A stretch of DNA of 64,000 nt, taken from positions 64,001 through 128,000 of the IMG/VR virus record IMGVR_UViG_3300046522_000316. One strand, written 5' to 3'. The notes beneath the pieces were generated by a model that had not been told where the DNA came from, made no database searches, and saw only the letters and a program-made list of their open reading frames with translations. The position numbers and the translations under genes are program-made. Positions 62,994 through 64,000 of the stretch are shown here, one piece after another. Source of the stretch: a virus. Taxonomy: Duplodnaviria; Caudoviricetes. Position 1 is the stretch's first letter; every line of letters begins with the position of its first letter.

Positions 62994-64000
62994 TGCTGGG
63001 TAAATACATCACTCAAATCGGAATTGATCCTCAGTCCCATGATGGGCAACGTTTGGTCGAGGAATGTATTCTCTGTTTGTCCGGCGTAAATTCTGCTTTC
63101 GATTTCCAGCGCAACGTCAAAACCATCGACCTGACCCCTACAGGTATGAGCGGAAAAGATGTGCGACTCGGCCTCATGGAAAAAAGCTATCTCACGGTCA
63201 ACGTGAAGTATGCAGCTTTGTTCCTCGCGCTTGTCCCAAACAATGCAGACGCCTACAACAAGCTCCAAGCGTATTTGAACGCGGAAGACATTGCGATTTT
63301 CCGTCATTACTTTACGCGCCGTTCGTTCAAGGCCAACGTTAAGGCCTACGCCACTGCGCGTGGCCTGTGTGCCCGTGACGTTTCGATTGTGGCAATGCGC
63401 CGGGACAAAAAGGCGTTCGATGAACTGTTGGAAAAAGCGACCCGTCACATTAAATCCCGTGTGCGGAAAAAACTTAGTTTTGTGGTGAAATCTGACAACG
63501 GCACCAACAACGATTTCAACGGCGACCTGACTTGCAAAGTCCTGCGCGCTTACCACTCGCTGATCCCGACAAAGCAGCCTGAAGCCTACATCGTCAATTA
63601 CCTGCGCCGTTCCGCGTCCAACGAGACGACGAACCTGTGCAAGAAGCACACGACCGGCAAGCGGGGCCGTATGGTGGCAACCGGTGACGACGGCTACGGC
63701 GGTCAGAACTATGAGGTTGTTTGCCGTTCGGAAAACCAGACTCACAAAGGCGCAGATGGCGAATCTGAATTCGACATGCTGATGGGTACTCAGATTGAGG
63801 ACTCGACGCCAACAATTGAATCGTCGATTTTAATGAGCCGTTTGTTCGGCAAGTTCAAAGGTCGCAAACTCAAAGTGTTGGAAATTTTGAGTGGGCACAT
63901 CGACGAAGGTTTCACGCGGTTCCTGAAACGCAACAATAAACTTGGCCGGGGCATCGACCATACCGACTACCAACGTCGTGTTCCGCACCAGACCTTTCTG
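62993..64000 (+). CDS. Partial ORF, possibly a second sigma-like factor
   Basis: ATG overlaps the upstream TAA; open to the window end (MLGKYITQIGIDPQ...); DLTCKVLRAY...YIVNYLRRSASNETTNLCKK resembles sigma region 2. Confidence 0.6.
   Translation, partial: MLGKYITQIGIDPQSHDGQRLVEECILCLSGVNSAFDFQRNVKTIDLTPTGMSGKDVRLGLMEKSYLTVNVKYAALFLALVPNNADAYNKLQAYLNAEDIAIFRHYFTRRSFKANVKAYATARGLCARDVSIVAMRRDKKAFDELLEKATRHIKSRVRKKLSFVVKSDNGTNNDFNGDLTCKVLRAYHSLIPTKQPEAYIVNYLRRSASNETTNLCKKHTTGKRGRMVATGDDGYGGQNYEVVCRSENQTHKGADGESEFDMLMGTQIEDSTPTIESSILMSRLFGKFKGRKLKVLEILSGHIDEGFTRFLKRNNKLGRGIDHTDYQRRVPHQTFL

Noticed and set aside
1-64000. Bacterial chromosome or prophage origin of the window
   Set aside because: No housekeeping operons, rRNA or integrase; the divergent, phage-style replication genes and dense microORFs fit a lytic jumbo phage better

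Overview
This window is a fragment of a large (jumbo-type) tailed dsDNA phage genome. It is gene-dense, with many overlapping stop/start junctions and roughly 50-55% GC by eye. I recognised no rRNA, tRNA, CRISPR array, integrase or transposase. Genes run mostly on the - strand up to about 24.5 kb and mostly on the + strand after that. It carries a phage replication/recombination module: SbcD and SbcC, a DnaX-like clamp loader, RuvC-like resolvase, primase, Cas4/RecB-like exonuclease, a two-subunit type IIA topoisomerase, 5'-3' exonuclease, a gp32-like SSB and RecA. It also carries a sigma70-family factor, a second possible sigma-like ORF and many small accessory ORFs. The gene set recalls PaBG/Lu11/Y3-type myoviruses (inference from memory, not searched). 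Main unusual signals: (1) I found 18 exact copies of ACTGTAAAT, all on the locally coding strand, together with a sigma factor that appears to lack region 4, suggesting a private promoter system with no -35 element. (2) Lysine-rich tails are appended to many DNA-metabolism enzymes, alongside histone-like basic proteins and extreme polyanions including a 95-glutamate run, suggesting a charge-based chromatin or compartment system. (3) There are candidate anti-defence sponges (a Tad2/DUF2829 fusion and an Acb2/Tad1-like hairpin). (4) Several enzyme folds look catalytically degenerate (NAD-ligase, DNA methyltransferase, HD hydrolase), and two ORFs resemble portal fragments. All family assignments come from motif recognition by eye.
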